A stretch of DNA of 63,951 nucleotides, filler included, from Octopus bimaculoides (lineage: Eukaryota), in assembly GCF_001194135.2 (NCBI RefSeq). It is 6 parts of 6 records of this genome, joined end to end, with 100 filler letters (N's around TTAATTAATTAA, not from the genome) between each part and the next. Parts side by side here need not be neighbours in the genome. Positions count along the whole stretch, not along the records: positions 31,877 to 54,884 come from NC_069001.1; 5 more parts are not named here. One strand, 5' to 3'. How positions within the stretch are numbered: the stretch's first letter is position 1; each line of letters starts with the position of its first letter. Shown here piece after piece: positions 38,201 through 50,523 of this stretch. The translations under genes were made by a program, and so were the position numbers. The notes under the pieces were generated by a model. That model did not search any database, was not told the DNA's origin, and was given only the letters and a program-made list of their open reading frames with translations.

Positions 38201-39302
38201 CCAGGTCAAATTTGAGAGGCGGAGGTCATTAAAGTAGCAGTAGAAAAGACAGGAAGAAGAGACAGAAAATTTGTGGGTCAGAATTTAGAATGCAAAGTTG
38301 TTGAATCATCTTATGTCAATTAGTCGAGTGGCTTTTCTTGGAGATCGACCAGAGTGGACACAAATGGAGTTTAATATATTGGTCTAAATGCTTAGAGGCA
38401 TTTTGTTCGCCTTTACGCTCTGGATTCAAATGCCACCAGAGTCGATTTGTCTTTCATACTTTCGAGCTCGATAACAAAGACCATGCAAACACTGGGGGTT
38501 GATGTAATCAACTTGCTCNNNNNNNNNNNNNNNNNNNNNNNNNNNNNNNNNNNNNNNNNNNNNNNNNNNNNNNNNNNNNNNNNNNNNNNNNNNNNNNNNN
38601 NNNNNNNNNNNNNNNNNNNNNNNNNNNNNNNNNNNNNNNNNNNNNNNNNNNNNNNNNNNNNNNNNNNNNNNNNNNNNNNNNNNNNNNNNNNNNNNNNNNN
38701 NNNNNNNNNNNNNNNNNNNNNNNNNNNNNNNNNNNNNNNNNNNNNNNNNNNNNNNNNNNNNNNNNNNNNNNNNNNNNNNNNNNNNNNNNNNNNNNNNNNN
38801 NNNNNNNNNNNNNNNNNNNNNNNNNNNNNNNNNNNNNNNNNNNNNNNNNNNNNNNNNNNNNNNNNNNNNNNNNNNNNNNNNNNNNNNNNNNNNNNNNNNN
38901 NNNNNNNNNNNNNNNNNNNNNNNNNNNNNNNNNNNNNNNNNNNNNNNNNNNNNNNNNNNNNNNNNNNNNNNNNNNNNNNNNNNNNNNNNNNNNNNNNNNN
39001 NNNNNNNNNNNNNNNNNNNNNNNNNNNNNNNNNNNNNNNNNNNNNNNNNNNNNNNNNNNNNNNNNNNNNNNNNNNNNNNNNNNNNNNNNNNNNNNNNNNN
39101 NNNNNNNNNNNNNNNNNNNNNNNNNNNNNNNNNNNNNNNNNNNNNNNNNNNNNNNNNNNNNNNNNNNNNNNNNNNNNNNNNNNNNNNNNNNNNNNNNNNN
39201 NNNNNNNNNNNNNNNNNNNNNNNNNNNNNNNNNNNNNNNNNNNNNNNNNNNNNNNNNNTGGTGGGGTGTTTGAGTATATGCATATGTGTAAAAAGATATG
39301 AG

Positions 39303-39336
<34 letters not shown>

Positions 39337-39710
39337 TATATATGATATGTGTGTGTGTGTATATGAATATACACACGTATGTTCCTCGATATTGGGCTAA
39401 AATTACTCATTATCGTTACAAATAAGACTGAACTGTGTTGGTGTATACAGATGTGTTTATTGTTTTCTTTTAGAGCACAAAAGACGTTTCTTCATAATCC
39501 ATAGATTAGCTTCATGCATGACTGGTTATGGCCAGATAAGATTTATTTACTAACGGAAGCCATTCGCTTGTTTTCTTGAAGAAATTCTCCAATAAGATAA
39601 GACAGAATATCTTGTCTTTTCACATATTCAACCATCCTCAATTTCCTGTGCGCGCACTCGCAGACACACAAACACACACGCATATCACACACACAAACAC
39701 ACACACACAG

Positions 39711-39744
<34 letters not shown>

Positions 39745-40800
39745 ACATACACACACACAGACACACACACACACACACACACACAGGCGGGTTTTTTCTC
39801 AATCACAGAAAATGTCAAATCTAAATAGTGTTGCTGATGATAATGATGATGATGATAACAACGGCAACGACAGCGATGATGATGATGCTGGTGTTAATGT
39901 TTTTTTTACTTGTCATAGGGGCACTGGTGAGGGGGACATTACGGGGATAGTTTACAAATTTTGTGAGGAAAATGGTGAAAAGGTGAGAGAGAAGAAAGTA
40001 GGAAAAAGTAGTAACATGAGATAAAAATATACATGTCATACAGGGTATGTATACACATGAATGTTGCAATCTTCCTGGTACAGGAGACCCTCCAGCTGGG
40101 ACCAGTCAAGGAACCCCACCAATCCAGGATTAACCTGACCTCCAGAGACATGAACCCTCGCCTTTTTGTTGTTCCCCAATCTACAGGTGCATACATAGAG
40201 CAGGTTCATTCACTCTAACCATTTCTTTGTCAGAGTCATCTGCTGTTTACGAATTCACTGAGAGAAATCACTGTTCTTTCTGAGCGGAACCTTTGAAAGT
40301 TGATGAGGGAAACTTGTATCCTTGCATTGGCAAGGTCACTACACGAAATAGCCGAAAGCAAATAACATCTGAAAAGCTGGAAATAAAATTCCGCAAGAAA
40401 ATAGAATAAAAAAGAAAATCAACACAAATATTATTGTTAGATAAGGTATATTTCCTTTAAGTACGATATCTCAGCGGAATATGCGCGTTAAATGAAGACA
40501 GCACAAGGTACTATGAAAGGTCTAATAAAGACGAATAAAGCAGCATAGTTCACTGAAAATTAATTATGTATAAGTTTTAATGATTATAACAACTACACAA
40601 TGTTTACACAACAAATACACTCAAAAATGTTACAGAAACAAAAACACTAAGCTATCTTCTTAACATAAAGAAAAACAGAAAAACCTGAATAATTTCTATG
40701 TAAGTCTTAGAACATCTACCTACTCTATCCTAAAGTGAAAAAGAAATCAACCAGTTATGCCCAGAGATAAGACTATCAACAGACAGACAGACAGACCAAC

Positions 40801-40870
<70 letters not shown>

Positions 40871-41229
40871 GCAGACAGACAGATAGACAAACATAGGGAT
40901 AAACAGACAGACAGATAGATAAAAGTGGCTACCTTAGGTCTGGAAGGCTAATACTAACATAATGCGAATAAACGTGTTAATAAAAGAAGTCTGTCTCTTA
41001 ATTTTAAAGTTCAAATGAAGTACAAAATTAACAAACGAGGATGCAGGACAAACGACTATGAACATAAAGCAGTACAGGCTTATAATTATATATATATATA
41101 ATGTAGGAAAAAACTGTTTATTTAGTAATTGCGGTGAATTATGTATAAATATTTGGAAGGCTTCTATTAGGCAAAATCCGCAAGTGGATCGCTGGTCATG
41201 GTATGGGACCCCGGAATCTATTATGGCTC

Positions 41230-41650
41230 AGGATATCCTGTATGGTCCCTTTATTTTCTATAATTCTCTTCCATCTATCAGGTAGACTTGCAAGGCCCTT
41301 CCTCCAAAATTCACTTGACCCTGACGAGAAATACTCCTCCATTACCTTCCTGACCTCGTCTACAGGATTCATATTTTTTCTGTCCAAATTATTTTGAAGA
41401 CTGCGGAATAAATGATAATCAGATGGGCAATGTCCGGCAAATATGGCGTCTCCCATTTAAATTGCTCCAGCCTTTCGAATGTCATCCTCGCTGTATGTGG
41501 CCGAGCATTATCCTGATGGAAGAACACCTTTCGTCTTGAAAGCAAAGATGGTCGTTTTTCTTCTAGCGCTGACTTCAGCCGCTCAAGCTGCTCGCAGTAC
41601 ACCTCCTTTGTTATTGTCTCAGAAACCAGAAAACAGGGCCGATAATTCAA
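41230..41650 (-). pseudogene. Mariner (DD34D) catalytic-domain relic, about 850 nt upstream of the GPCR
   Basis: TITKEVYCEQLERL...KRP...FHQDNARPHTA...PSDYHLFRSLQNNL...FWRKGLASLPDRWKRIIENKG, with frameshift. Confidence 0.9.
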
Positions 41651-41837
41651 TATAACTCGAGGAATGAGCTTTATTTTTATCTTTTATATCAATTTTTGTT
41701 ATAATTGATTTTCCTTTACATTATTCTCTCCTTCTGTTTCTCTTTCCAGTATCTGACAACACCAAAGCTAAGGCGGACATTTTCACAAACAACCCACAAT
41801 CCGCTTTTAGAGAAGAAAAAAAAAGACGTTAAACAGT

Positions 41838-42177
41838 TTGTTCTTTTTGTCTTTCATTTCCTACAAATTTTCTCGTTGTCTTAGTTTCTCTTTAAACCAC
41901 ATTCTGCATTACTTCCACTCTCTCTCTTTCTCTTTCTTTCTTTCTTTCTTTCTCTCTAACTTACACATAGTCTTTCTGTCCGTCTGGTTTTCTGTCTCTC
42001 TCTTTCTCTCTCTCACATGTTCTTTCTCTGTTCATTTCTCTCCCTCTCCGGCTTCCTCTTTCTCACTCTCGCTCTCTTTCTCTCTCTCATCCTCTGTTTT
42101 CTATCTTAATTTCTCTAACACACGATCTCTCTTTCTCTCTCTCTTTCACATACCTTGCCTGTATCTCTATTTCTATA

Positions 42178-42216
<39 letters not shown>

Positions 42217-42420
42217 ATTTCTCTCTGACTTTGTATCTCTATCTCACAATCCATCTTTCTCTTTCTCTCCCATAAACTAAGTGTCTTTCTCTCACACTGT
42301 CTGCATTATTTCTCTTCGCTCCAACTAACACAACCTTTGTCTGACTCATACCCCATCTTTCTTTTCCTTTCATTCACACATCTCTGCAACACTGATTATC
42401 CTCACTTTTCCTCTCTCAAA
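41838..42420. repeat. About 580-nt CT-rich polypyrimidine tract just upstream of the GPCR start
   Basis: Imperfect (CT)n/(CTTT)n sequence ending about 80 nt before the ATG at 42497. Confidence 0.85.
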
Positions 42421-42496
42421 AATTAAATTCTAAAGCTTACAAAAAAGAACAAGAAAAAGAGACAGTGATAATTCTCCTACTTTTCCCACCACCAAA

Positions 42497-43264
42497 ATGA
42501 ACGACAGCGAGTCAAGTGACTCTGGAGGTTTTGACTCTAACTCAACTGCCACACGTAATTTGGGCAGCTTAAATGAATGGCATAAGATAGTTATGTCTCA
42601 ATTGTCCCCAGAAGCCCAAACTTTTCTGATAGTTCTTTACAGTTTAACAACATTCAGTTCAGTATTCGGTAATATACTATCAATAATAGTCTTCGCTAAA
42701 GGCAAGAAATGTAAAACGGACATTAAACCTTTTCTTCTCAATTTGGCCGTTTCTGATCTTATCATGGCATTATTCTGTATTCCATTCACCTTAATGGTGG
42801 TGCTTTTTCACATATGGCTTTTATCCCCAATCATGTGTACCCTGGTTTCGTTCCTTCAGGTATTTTCTGTAACCATGAGTTCCTCCACGAATATAGCGAT
42901 TGCTATCGATCGACTTATCGCTGTTTTGTTCCCGCTTAGAATTCGCATAACGTCGTCTCGATCCAGCTGCACGATCGCCCTGATCTGGTTGTTCTCGGTG
43001 GCAATAGCTTCCGCAGAATTATTTGTGGCCAGAGCTGCAGAAGTTTACTTCCAAGGAGACATCGTTAAGGTATGCGTCGAGACCTGGGAAAAACCGTTGC
43101 TCGGTTTGATTTACTGGTGGTTGAACACCGTTTGTCTTTGTTTCATTCCTTTTATTGTTTTAATGGTGACTTACTCAATACTTGTTAACGTCTTGTGGAA
43201 GAGAAGAGCACCAGGAAATGAGGACACGAGCAGAGACCAGCTGGCCATAAGAGCCAAAAGAAAG
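42497..43264 (+). CDS. Class A peptide GPCR, exon 1 (N-terminus to ICL3, TM1-TM5; 256 codons)
   Basis: ATG in ccaccaaaATG context. N-glycosylation sequons NDS and NST, GN (N59), LAVSD (D87), C114, DRL (138-140), W164, ECL2 C193, FIP (P218). Frame reads ...IRAKRK, then donor GTGAGA at 43265. Confidence 0.95.
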
Positions 43265-43440
43265 GTGAGACTGCCATTATTTTAATGTTGTATATCTTGT
43301 GCTTGTTAATATTATTTTATCTGTTTTACGACAGTCACTCTGAAAATTGTACACGTTTTATGGCAATCGGTTAGATTACTATATTTATTTTGTTATTGGG
43401 ATTAATATGAGTGTTTTCGTAGAATCCCCTTCATTTCCAC

Positions 43441-43620
43441 TACAGGCACAAGGCTTCGAATTTGTGGGAAGGGGATAGTCAAACCCAGTACTTGACTGGT
43501 ACTTAATTTATCGACCCCGAAATGATGAAAGACAAAGTCAACCTCAGCGTAATTTGAACTCAGAACTTAGCGGCAGACGAAATACCGCTAAGTATTTCGC
43601 CCAACTGTCAGCTTGCCGCT
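43441..43620 (-). mobile_element. SINE family B in GPCR intron 1 (antisense)
   Basis: CTGGTACTTAATTTATCGACCCC...AATTTGAACTCAGAAC...GACGAAATACCGCTAAG. Confidence 0.9.
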
Positions 43621-44238
43621 TTCTCACATTCACTTTATCGACTGTACCTATCACAAATATGCGCACTCTTGAGTGGGAATCTGGTTCGAGAGCTTCAGGG
43701 TCTTGGAGAGTGTGGTAGAATTTTTGAGACATCAATGTTCCGAGGTCTACTCTGTCCCGGTGTAATGACACTCTTCAGGGTCCCATTTATGGTTTGAATC
43801 GCATGTATCCACCCAAGACAGGGAATGCTGAAATAAAGGGATGCAGCATGGTGAATAGGAACAATTTTGTCAGATGAACTTATTGAGTCAATGGTTAATA
43901 TTACTGGGTCAACAGACATTAAACTGACAATGGCAAGGATCATCTAGTCTAGTTAGAGAACTACTGTTATCATCTATAAAGATAGCGTTCGAGGGTGAGA
44001 CATTTTAGCAAAGGAAAGACCAATGTAACTAAAACGCAAACCAGACATTCATGCCTCGTCGTTCGATTCGGGTCGTTTGGTGTGTATGAGTTGAAAGTGG
44101 TCCAGGTAAGTCATTCGACCGATTTGATTGCATCACACTTAAATGTGACTGATTGTTCAAGATAACACCATCTATAAACGTATTGTGTTTAAAAGTGTAA
44201 AATATAACGGAAAGTTATCCTGGCAGCGGCTGTCTGGC

Positions 44239-44281
44239 ACGTCGGATGCATTTCAGCCTTTTTAGGCCTTGTCAACGATGT
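44239..44281 (-). ncRNA. Minimal type I hammerhead ribozyme with U3:A8 core variant, antisense in GPCR intron 1
   Basis: Minus strand ACATCG-TTGACAA-GGCC-TAAAAA-GGCT-GAAA-TGCA-TC-CGACGT: helix I 5/6 pairs, 4-bp helix II, palindromic ATGCAT helix III, AUC triplet. Confidence 0.65.
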
Positions 44282-44745
44282 TTACTCGCAGCAAGCCCAG
44301 TGCTTAAACGAGATTTGTCACCTCCGATATATCGATATATAGCGAACAGTGAATAATACATCTATCAATATTACCAGTAGCTACTGAACTGAATGAATAA
44401 AAGAAAAAGATGGCGTTCCCGCTAGCTGCTGCCGGCACGATTTCTTTCTTTCTCTCTCTCGCTCTTACCGATGTATATTGTTTTTAAACGGAGCACGTCT
44501 ATGGTAGATTTTATCTCGGACCAAAATCACTGCAAGTTGCCGATGAACAAGCATTAAATATCTAGTTTGCAAGATTCGTTATGTGAATTCGTGTCCCCTA
44601 TTTGAAAAGAAACCTTAATGACACCGAACGGATGTGTCGCGTAGCCAACTAGAAACAGTATTTCCTGGGGCTAAATAGCAGTATTTTTCGCTGGTGGTAT
44701 CCTATACTTAATGTGTACTTATATTTACACTTCTTTTATTTTCAG

Positions 44746-44955
44746 GTTGTAAAAATGCTACTTACAATTGTAGTCATGTTCGGTGTATGTTGGACGCCTC
44801 TTGGTATAATAATCATGTTCCTCGAGTACAACAATGATCTAGTTTTTACACCCGGTTCCAAATTGATGTCTATATATATTGCCCTACACTGGTTAGCCAT
44901 GGCCCACTCTTCTGTGAACCCCATCATCTATGGCTTCATGAATGATAATTTCAGA
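44746..44955 (+). CDS. Class A peptide GPCR, exon 2 (TM6-TM7; 70 codons)
   Basis: Acceptor ttcttttattttcag ends at 44745, phase 0. Encodes VVKMLLTIVVMFGVCWTP...HWLAMAHSSVNPIIYGFMNDNFR. Donor GTAAGT at 44956. APGxxxxxRD...KRKVVKML and HWLAMxH resemble luqin/RYamide, GPR83 and leucokinin receptors; exact orthology not determinable here. Confidence 0.95.
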
Positions 44956-45090
44956 GTAAGTTAATCTTGTTATTTTGTTGTTTTAACTCCAGGTAAGCCG
45001 TCTGGTCCAGTAGATGTACGAAAAAAGACGTTCCATCCGTAACCATCCATTCATATTAAGAAAGTGTATTTCATACATTTTTTGTTTACC

Positions 45091-45224
45091 CTTAGCTCAT
45101 TTCTGATTGAGCAACGTGAAATGGAGTGTTTTGCTCAAGAACACAACGCGTTGTCCGGTCCAGGAATCGAAACCACAATCTTACGATCATGGTGCTGACA
45201 TCCTAACCACTAAGCCACGCGCCT

Positions 45225-45228
<4 letters not shown>
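45091..45228 (-). mobile_element. SINE family C head in GPCR intron 2 (antisense)
   Basis: GCTCAAGAACACAACGC...GGAATCGAAACC...CCTAACCACTAAGCCACGCGCCTCCAC. Confidence 0.9.
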
Positions 45229-45273
<45 letters not shown>

Positions 45274-45335
45274 ATATATATATACATCCATGTATGCGTA
45301 TCTGTATCGATCTGTATGTTTTCTTCTACTTGCAG

Positions 45336-45413
45336 GATGATTTAAAAGGCCTCTTCAAGAAATTGCGACTCTTTTCGTCCGTAAGATCAGCATCAACAGA
45401 GCATGCGCCATAG
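45336..45413 (+). CDS. Class A peptide GPCR, exon 3 (helix 8 and short C-tail, 25 aa + TAG)
   Basis: Acceptor ttttcttctacttgcag ends at 45335, phase 0. Encodes DDLKGLFKKLRLFSSVRSASTEHAP*, an amphipathic helix-8-like continuation of NDNFR. Total protein 351 aa. Confidence 0.85.
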   Translation, partial: DDLKGLFKKLRLFSSVRSASTEHAP

Positions 45414-45644
45414 GATTCAAATACGACGAAGAAAATTACTTTGGGAAAATTTAAATTGAGGGAAGTAAATCTTCAGACTTCGAGGGAAAAATGCTTGCCC
45501 TGGCTGNNNNNNNNNNNNNNNNNNNNNNNNNNNNNNNNNNNNNNNNNNNNNNNNNNNNNNNNNNNNNNNNNNNNNNNNNNNNNNNNNNNNNNNNNNNNNN
45601 NNNNNNNNNNNNNNNNNNNNNNNNNNNNNNNNNNNNNNNNNNNN

Positions 45645-45675
<31 letters not shown>

Positions 45676-46156
45676 CATATACATATACATATATATATAT
45701 GTATGTATGTATATATGCATATACCTATATACATATATGTTTGTATGTATATGTATATATATACATATATATATAAGCGTGTACGGATACACATACAACG
45801 TCAGGAACACACCCTTACTTGGCACATGAATATATAAGTATACACACAAATACGACTGTGTTCAAGTTCTCTCATTCAAAGGAGTTTTTACAGGTTCCTC
45901 TCTGTCCCGTTAGAACAGCAAGTTTCTTAAATCCATATCATTATGTTTATATTTATACTTATATCATATTATATTAATTTATGATATATATATATATATA
46001 TATATATATTGCTTCGCATACATACACGAAAATAATTATCTAACAAGCTACAACTATTGTCTTTTACGGACTCATCAAAATTTAGGTAAATAAAACAATT
46101 TACGATGCTTCAAAGAATTACACTCAGTTTGGATGAATATACAGTTTCTGAAGGAT

Positions 46157-46470
46157 CTGACATGAAGTACAATTGTGGAAGGCCCAGCCTGTGAAATTTA
46201 TGGAATAAGCAACTTCAATGACAAAATGTTAAAACTTCTCTTAATGTTTATAACAAGTTTCTTAATGTATGACATAGATCTGTTAAACCATCTCCCGAAA
46301 AACGTAAGAGGGATACCCTAATCACTTTATTTCATATAGTAAAGCCCTATACTACCATCCCACACGAATAAAGTGGGAGTCAATGCCCTCTTGTCTAAGA
46401 AGATTCTCTGATAAAATTTCGGACCAAACTGATAAAAAATCCCTCAAAGAAGGACGGGATAAAATTTCCT
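46157..46470 (+). mobile_element. Penelope-like RT fragment (decayed)
   Basis: Across frameshifts: IVEGPACEIYGISNFNDKMLK...DLLNHLPKNV..DTLITLFHIVKPYTTIPHE...LRRFSDKI...LKEG, matching the PLE RT region around motif A (LYTxIPH). Confidence 0.7.
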
Positions 46471-47558
46471 CAAAGACAGCTGCCAACTTTTATCTGGGAG
46501 TACGATGTACAGAACATTTGCCATTATTAAGTCAAGAGGTAAACTTTATTCAAATCTCACAAAGGGAAAAAATAGATGTACACGAAGATTAGAGCTACGT
46601 AATTAAAGAAAAATATTTAATGTGTCCATTCAAATAATATCAGAAAGAAACGAACGAATTTATCTCCTCACCCCAATAAATGAATATGTATACATACATA
46701 CATATATATCTTTATTTGCGCCCTTTTAAAGCCTAGCCAGGCTCATGGGCCCGGTTTCCCGGGCGTATGCGTTCCCCAGAGAAACTGCCAGAGAAACAAG
46801 ACATCATTCGTGAAACAGTTCTTTATATCATACACTTTTGCAAATCTATTATGAAACTGGTAGGGCGGATTTCTACTCATATATTTTAAAACCTAATTAA
46901 ATTCTAATTAATTTTAATAATTTTAATATATTCTGTGTGTATTTCTAATTTCATTTCTTCCATACATCCACTTGTTTGGATTAATAACGAGTTGTTGTTG
47001 TTGTTGTTGTTGGCACTCCGTNNNNNNNNNNNNNNNNNNNNNNNNNNNNNNNNNNNNNNNNNNNNNNNNNNNNNNNNNNNNNNNNNNNNNNNNNNNNNNN
47101 NNNNNNNNNNNNNNNNNNNNNNNNNNNNNNNNNNNNNNNNNNNNNNNNNNNNNNNNNNNNNNNNNNNNNNNNNNNNNNNNNNNNNNNNNNNNNNNNNNNN
47201 NNNNNNNNNNNNNNNNNNNNNNNNNNNNNNNNNNNNNNNNNNNNNNNNNNNNNNNNNNNNNNNNNNNNNNNNNNNNNNNNNNNNNNNNNNNNNNNNNNNN
47301 NNNNNNNNNNNNNNNNNNNNNNNNNNNNNNNNNNNNNNNNNNNNNNNNNNNNNNNNNNNNNNNNNNNNNNNNNNNNNNNNNNNNNNNNNNNNNNNNNNNN
47401 NNNNNNNNNNNNNNNNNNNNNNNNNNNNNNNNNNNNNNNNNNNNNNNNNNNNNNNNNNNNNNNNNNNNNNNNNNNNNNNNNNNNNNNNNNNNNNNNNNNN
47501 NNNNNNNNNNNNNNNNNNNNNNNNNNNNNNNNNNNNNNNNNNNNNNNNNNNNNNNNNN

Positions 47559-47610
<52 letters not shown>

Positions 47611-48732
47611 TATATATATAAATATATATATAATGCTAAAGTGATTGAATGTTTTATGATGATGTAGTTAGTAGTAATACATTCTGACTTAAATTTTCAC
47701 ATCCAGGATGCTCGACAGTCCTTAAATGATAAAAATGTACAACTATTTACTAGAATATCAGTGATAAATAGGAATAACTACTACTATTACTACTACTAGT
47801 CTTTACATGCTGAATTTCCAGTATTCTGCCATAGGTGTGTAAATAAGGTACGATTTCAATTAATTACTCGTAAATATTGTTTAATGTTAGTTATTTCCTG
47901 TGTACTAAATATAATTAACACAGAAATGCTGTACGACTTTTTACTACGAGTCATACTTCATGAGATGCAAAAGGGTTTTTTTTTTTTTTATAAGAATCCG
48001 TTATATGAGGACGGGACATAGTGAGTTATCAGTAGCGACTGGCAACATGAAGTGTTTCATAGTGAATTTAAACCGAGAAGGAACCACAATATACAGCATT
48101 CGGAAAAGTATTGAATCGCAGTAAAGCATTTAGTCTTTTCCACGGGGCCACCAACCTTTCAGGCAATAACTTTCTATTTACATCCCTTCTAATTAAAGCA
48201 TCGGAATGCATGTTTTAATTAAATCTATGCTATTAATTAAATTAATAATGGTTTGTCACTAATGGAATGAGTGGAACTAGATTTATTAATTTGATGAACA
48301 GATCTGGTCAAATTGTATTATGGGAAGACGAAGAAAGTATACAACACGCACACAAAGGTATGTGAGTGACTATATCTATATATANNNNNNNNNNNNNNNN
48401 NNNNNNNNNNNNNNNNNNNNNNNNNNNNNNNNNNNNNNNNNNNNNNNNNNNNNNNNNNNNNNNNNNNNNNNNNNNNNNNNNNNNNNNNNNNNNNNNNNNN
48501 NNNNNNNNNNNNNNNNNNNNNNNNNNNNNNNNNNNNNNNNNNNNNNNNNNNNNNNNNNNNNNNNNNNNNNNNNNNNNNNNNNNNNNNNNNNNNNNNNNNN
48601 NNNNNTATACACATACATACACATATATGTGTGTATCGTTGAAACTGCTAATTATTATCATTTGAAGATGAGGAATTTAGTTAGAAATAACTAACTTGAT
48701 AATATTAATCAAAGGATATAACAAACAAGAAT

Positions 48733-48830
48733 GTTGGTGCATAATTATTGCGGCATTTTTTTCAATAAATTTTATTCAACAAAACATTTAAACAAACCGC
48801 CAATTTAAACAAGCAAAAATCGAAGTCGAT
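48733..48830 (+). mobile_element. Mariner-type TIR fragment
   Basis: GTTGGTGCATAATTATTGCGG resembles Hsmar1/MADE1-type TIRs (GTTGGTGCAAAAGTAATTGCGG). Confidence 0.4.
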
Positions 48831-50202
48831 GCTCCGGAATCTATGCTCCGGAATAATCATTTAAAGATGTTTTTGCTAAATTTTGTTATTATTTTTCTTG
48901 AATATAATTTATTGAAAAACAACCGGCAAAATTTTAAAGTAAACTTTAACTGCATTATGTGTATAAGAAATATCCAGTGCAAGCAGAAAGCTCGCCGATC
49001 CTCATTAACAAGCGAAGAGGTTTATTCCGTAAATGATTCGCAGCAGAGCATAACCCGTGAACAAGCCTACAGAATATCAGTAAACCAAATTTACAGAAGC
49101 GATAACTGAAATTGCCAAAACAGTGCCACGTACTCTCGTTTTCCTCAATCTGGAATTCTAATTTCTTAAGCCCCTATCTCAATTTCCAGAGATACACAAC
49201 TCATAAATCCTTTACGGAATACACACTTGTAGTTTCAAAACCAGGTACCTATAGTATAGATTTCCCTTTAGACATGTAGTCAAAAGAGAAACCAATAAAG
49301 CATTATCAAGTTATATATGGCATTTGAAAGACACTTTCTTTCTTACTGAACTTCAGTGGTAGACTCAGGACAATAAAGCGGTGTATCAGGGAAGGATAAG
49401 ATTTCATTCCCTTTTAATTAACGATACGGAACCGTATTCAAGCATACACTTTCATTGTCTGGAATCTGTTACCTGTTAAAGATTAGATTAATTCAACTCC
49501 ACCTTTGTTTTTACTGTTAATTGAATAAAATTTCGATGGACTCAGTCCATTTCCTTATTTCATTTTCGGAATTGTCTCCCCTATTTTCCTTAGACAGAGT
49601 TCATGCATTGATCTGTTTCCCTCTCCTCAATGAATTCGGGCATGTTGATTAATTAATTGCTGTGTCAAAGCATAATTTTATCACGTATTATTATGTCTGT
49701 CAAGAAGCCAGTTGATGCCTTTCAAGATGCCAGTTACCTTTCCTTTTACCTGAATGATTCTGTCTTGAGTTGCCTGACGAACTATTTATAATCCAGCCGT
49801 AGAATCTCAACCAAGATTTTATGTTTTTTTTTTAATTGACATGACGAGTAGATGGGTATAATTGCAATGTGGGAGCATAACATTAAAGTGCAAAAACTAT
49901 TTATAGAATATAAAAGGAAATACTTATAAGAAGTACCCAAGTAGGGTATGGAAGGATACCTAAAAGAGCTTCCAGTTTGATGATATTACAGTTCCATCAA
50001 TCCACGGCTTCCGATTGGTACATTTTTTTAATCGATCCATAAAAGGTTGAAAAGGAAGTTGACATCAGAGCGACTTGAACTTAGAGTGCAGACAATCGAA
50101 ACAAATACCACGTGACACATTTTGTACGGCACTCTACCGACTCTGCCAGCTTCCTAATTGGATAACCTATTTTGGGTTAGTTACCACATGATAATTCGAA
50201 TA

Positions 50203-50410
50203 TCTTTCATCGTTTATAAGGTTCACTAATTGGACCACGGTCATGCTGGGGCACTGTCTCGAAAGGGTTTCGTCGAACATAGAGACTCTAGTATTTATTT
50301 TCAAAGGCTGGTGCTTATACTATTAATTTATTTTGCTGAACCACTGAGTTGCAGGGATGTAAACAAACCAGCATTGATTGTCATATGGTGGAGACGGGTG
50401 CACAAACACA
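50203..50410 (-). mobile_element. SINE family A, 3' half (decayed)
   Basis: CATGCTGGGGCAC...GATGTAAACAAACCAGC, reverse complement of the family A tail. Confidence 0.75.
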
Positions 50411-50430
50411 AACACAAAAACAAAAACACG

Positions 50431-50523
<93 letters not shown>

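Noticed and set aside
43265-43285. Single-exon GPCR ending VRLPLF*
   Set aside because: Read-through into intron 1; TM6-7 are in the spliced exon at 44746.
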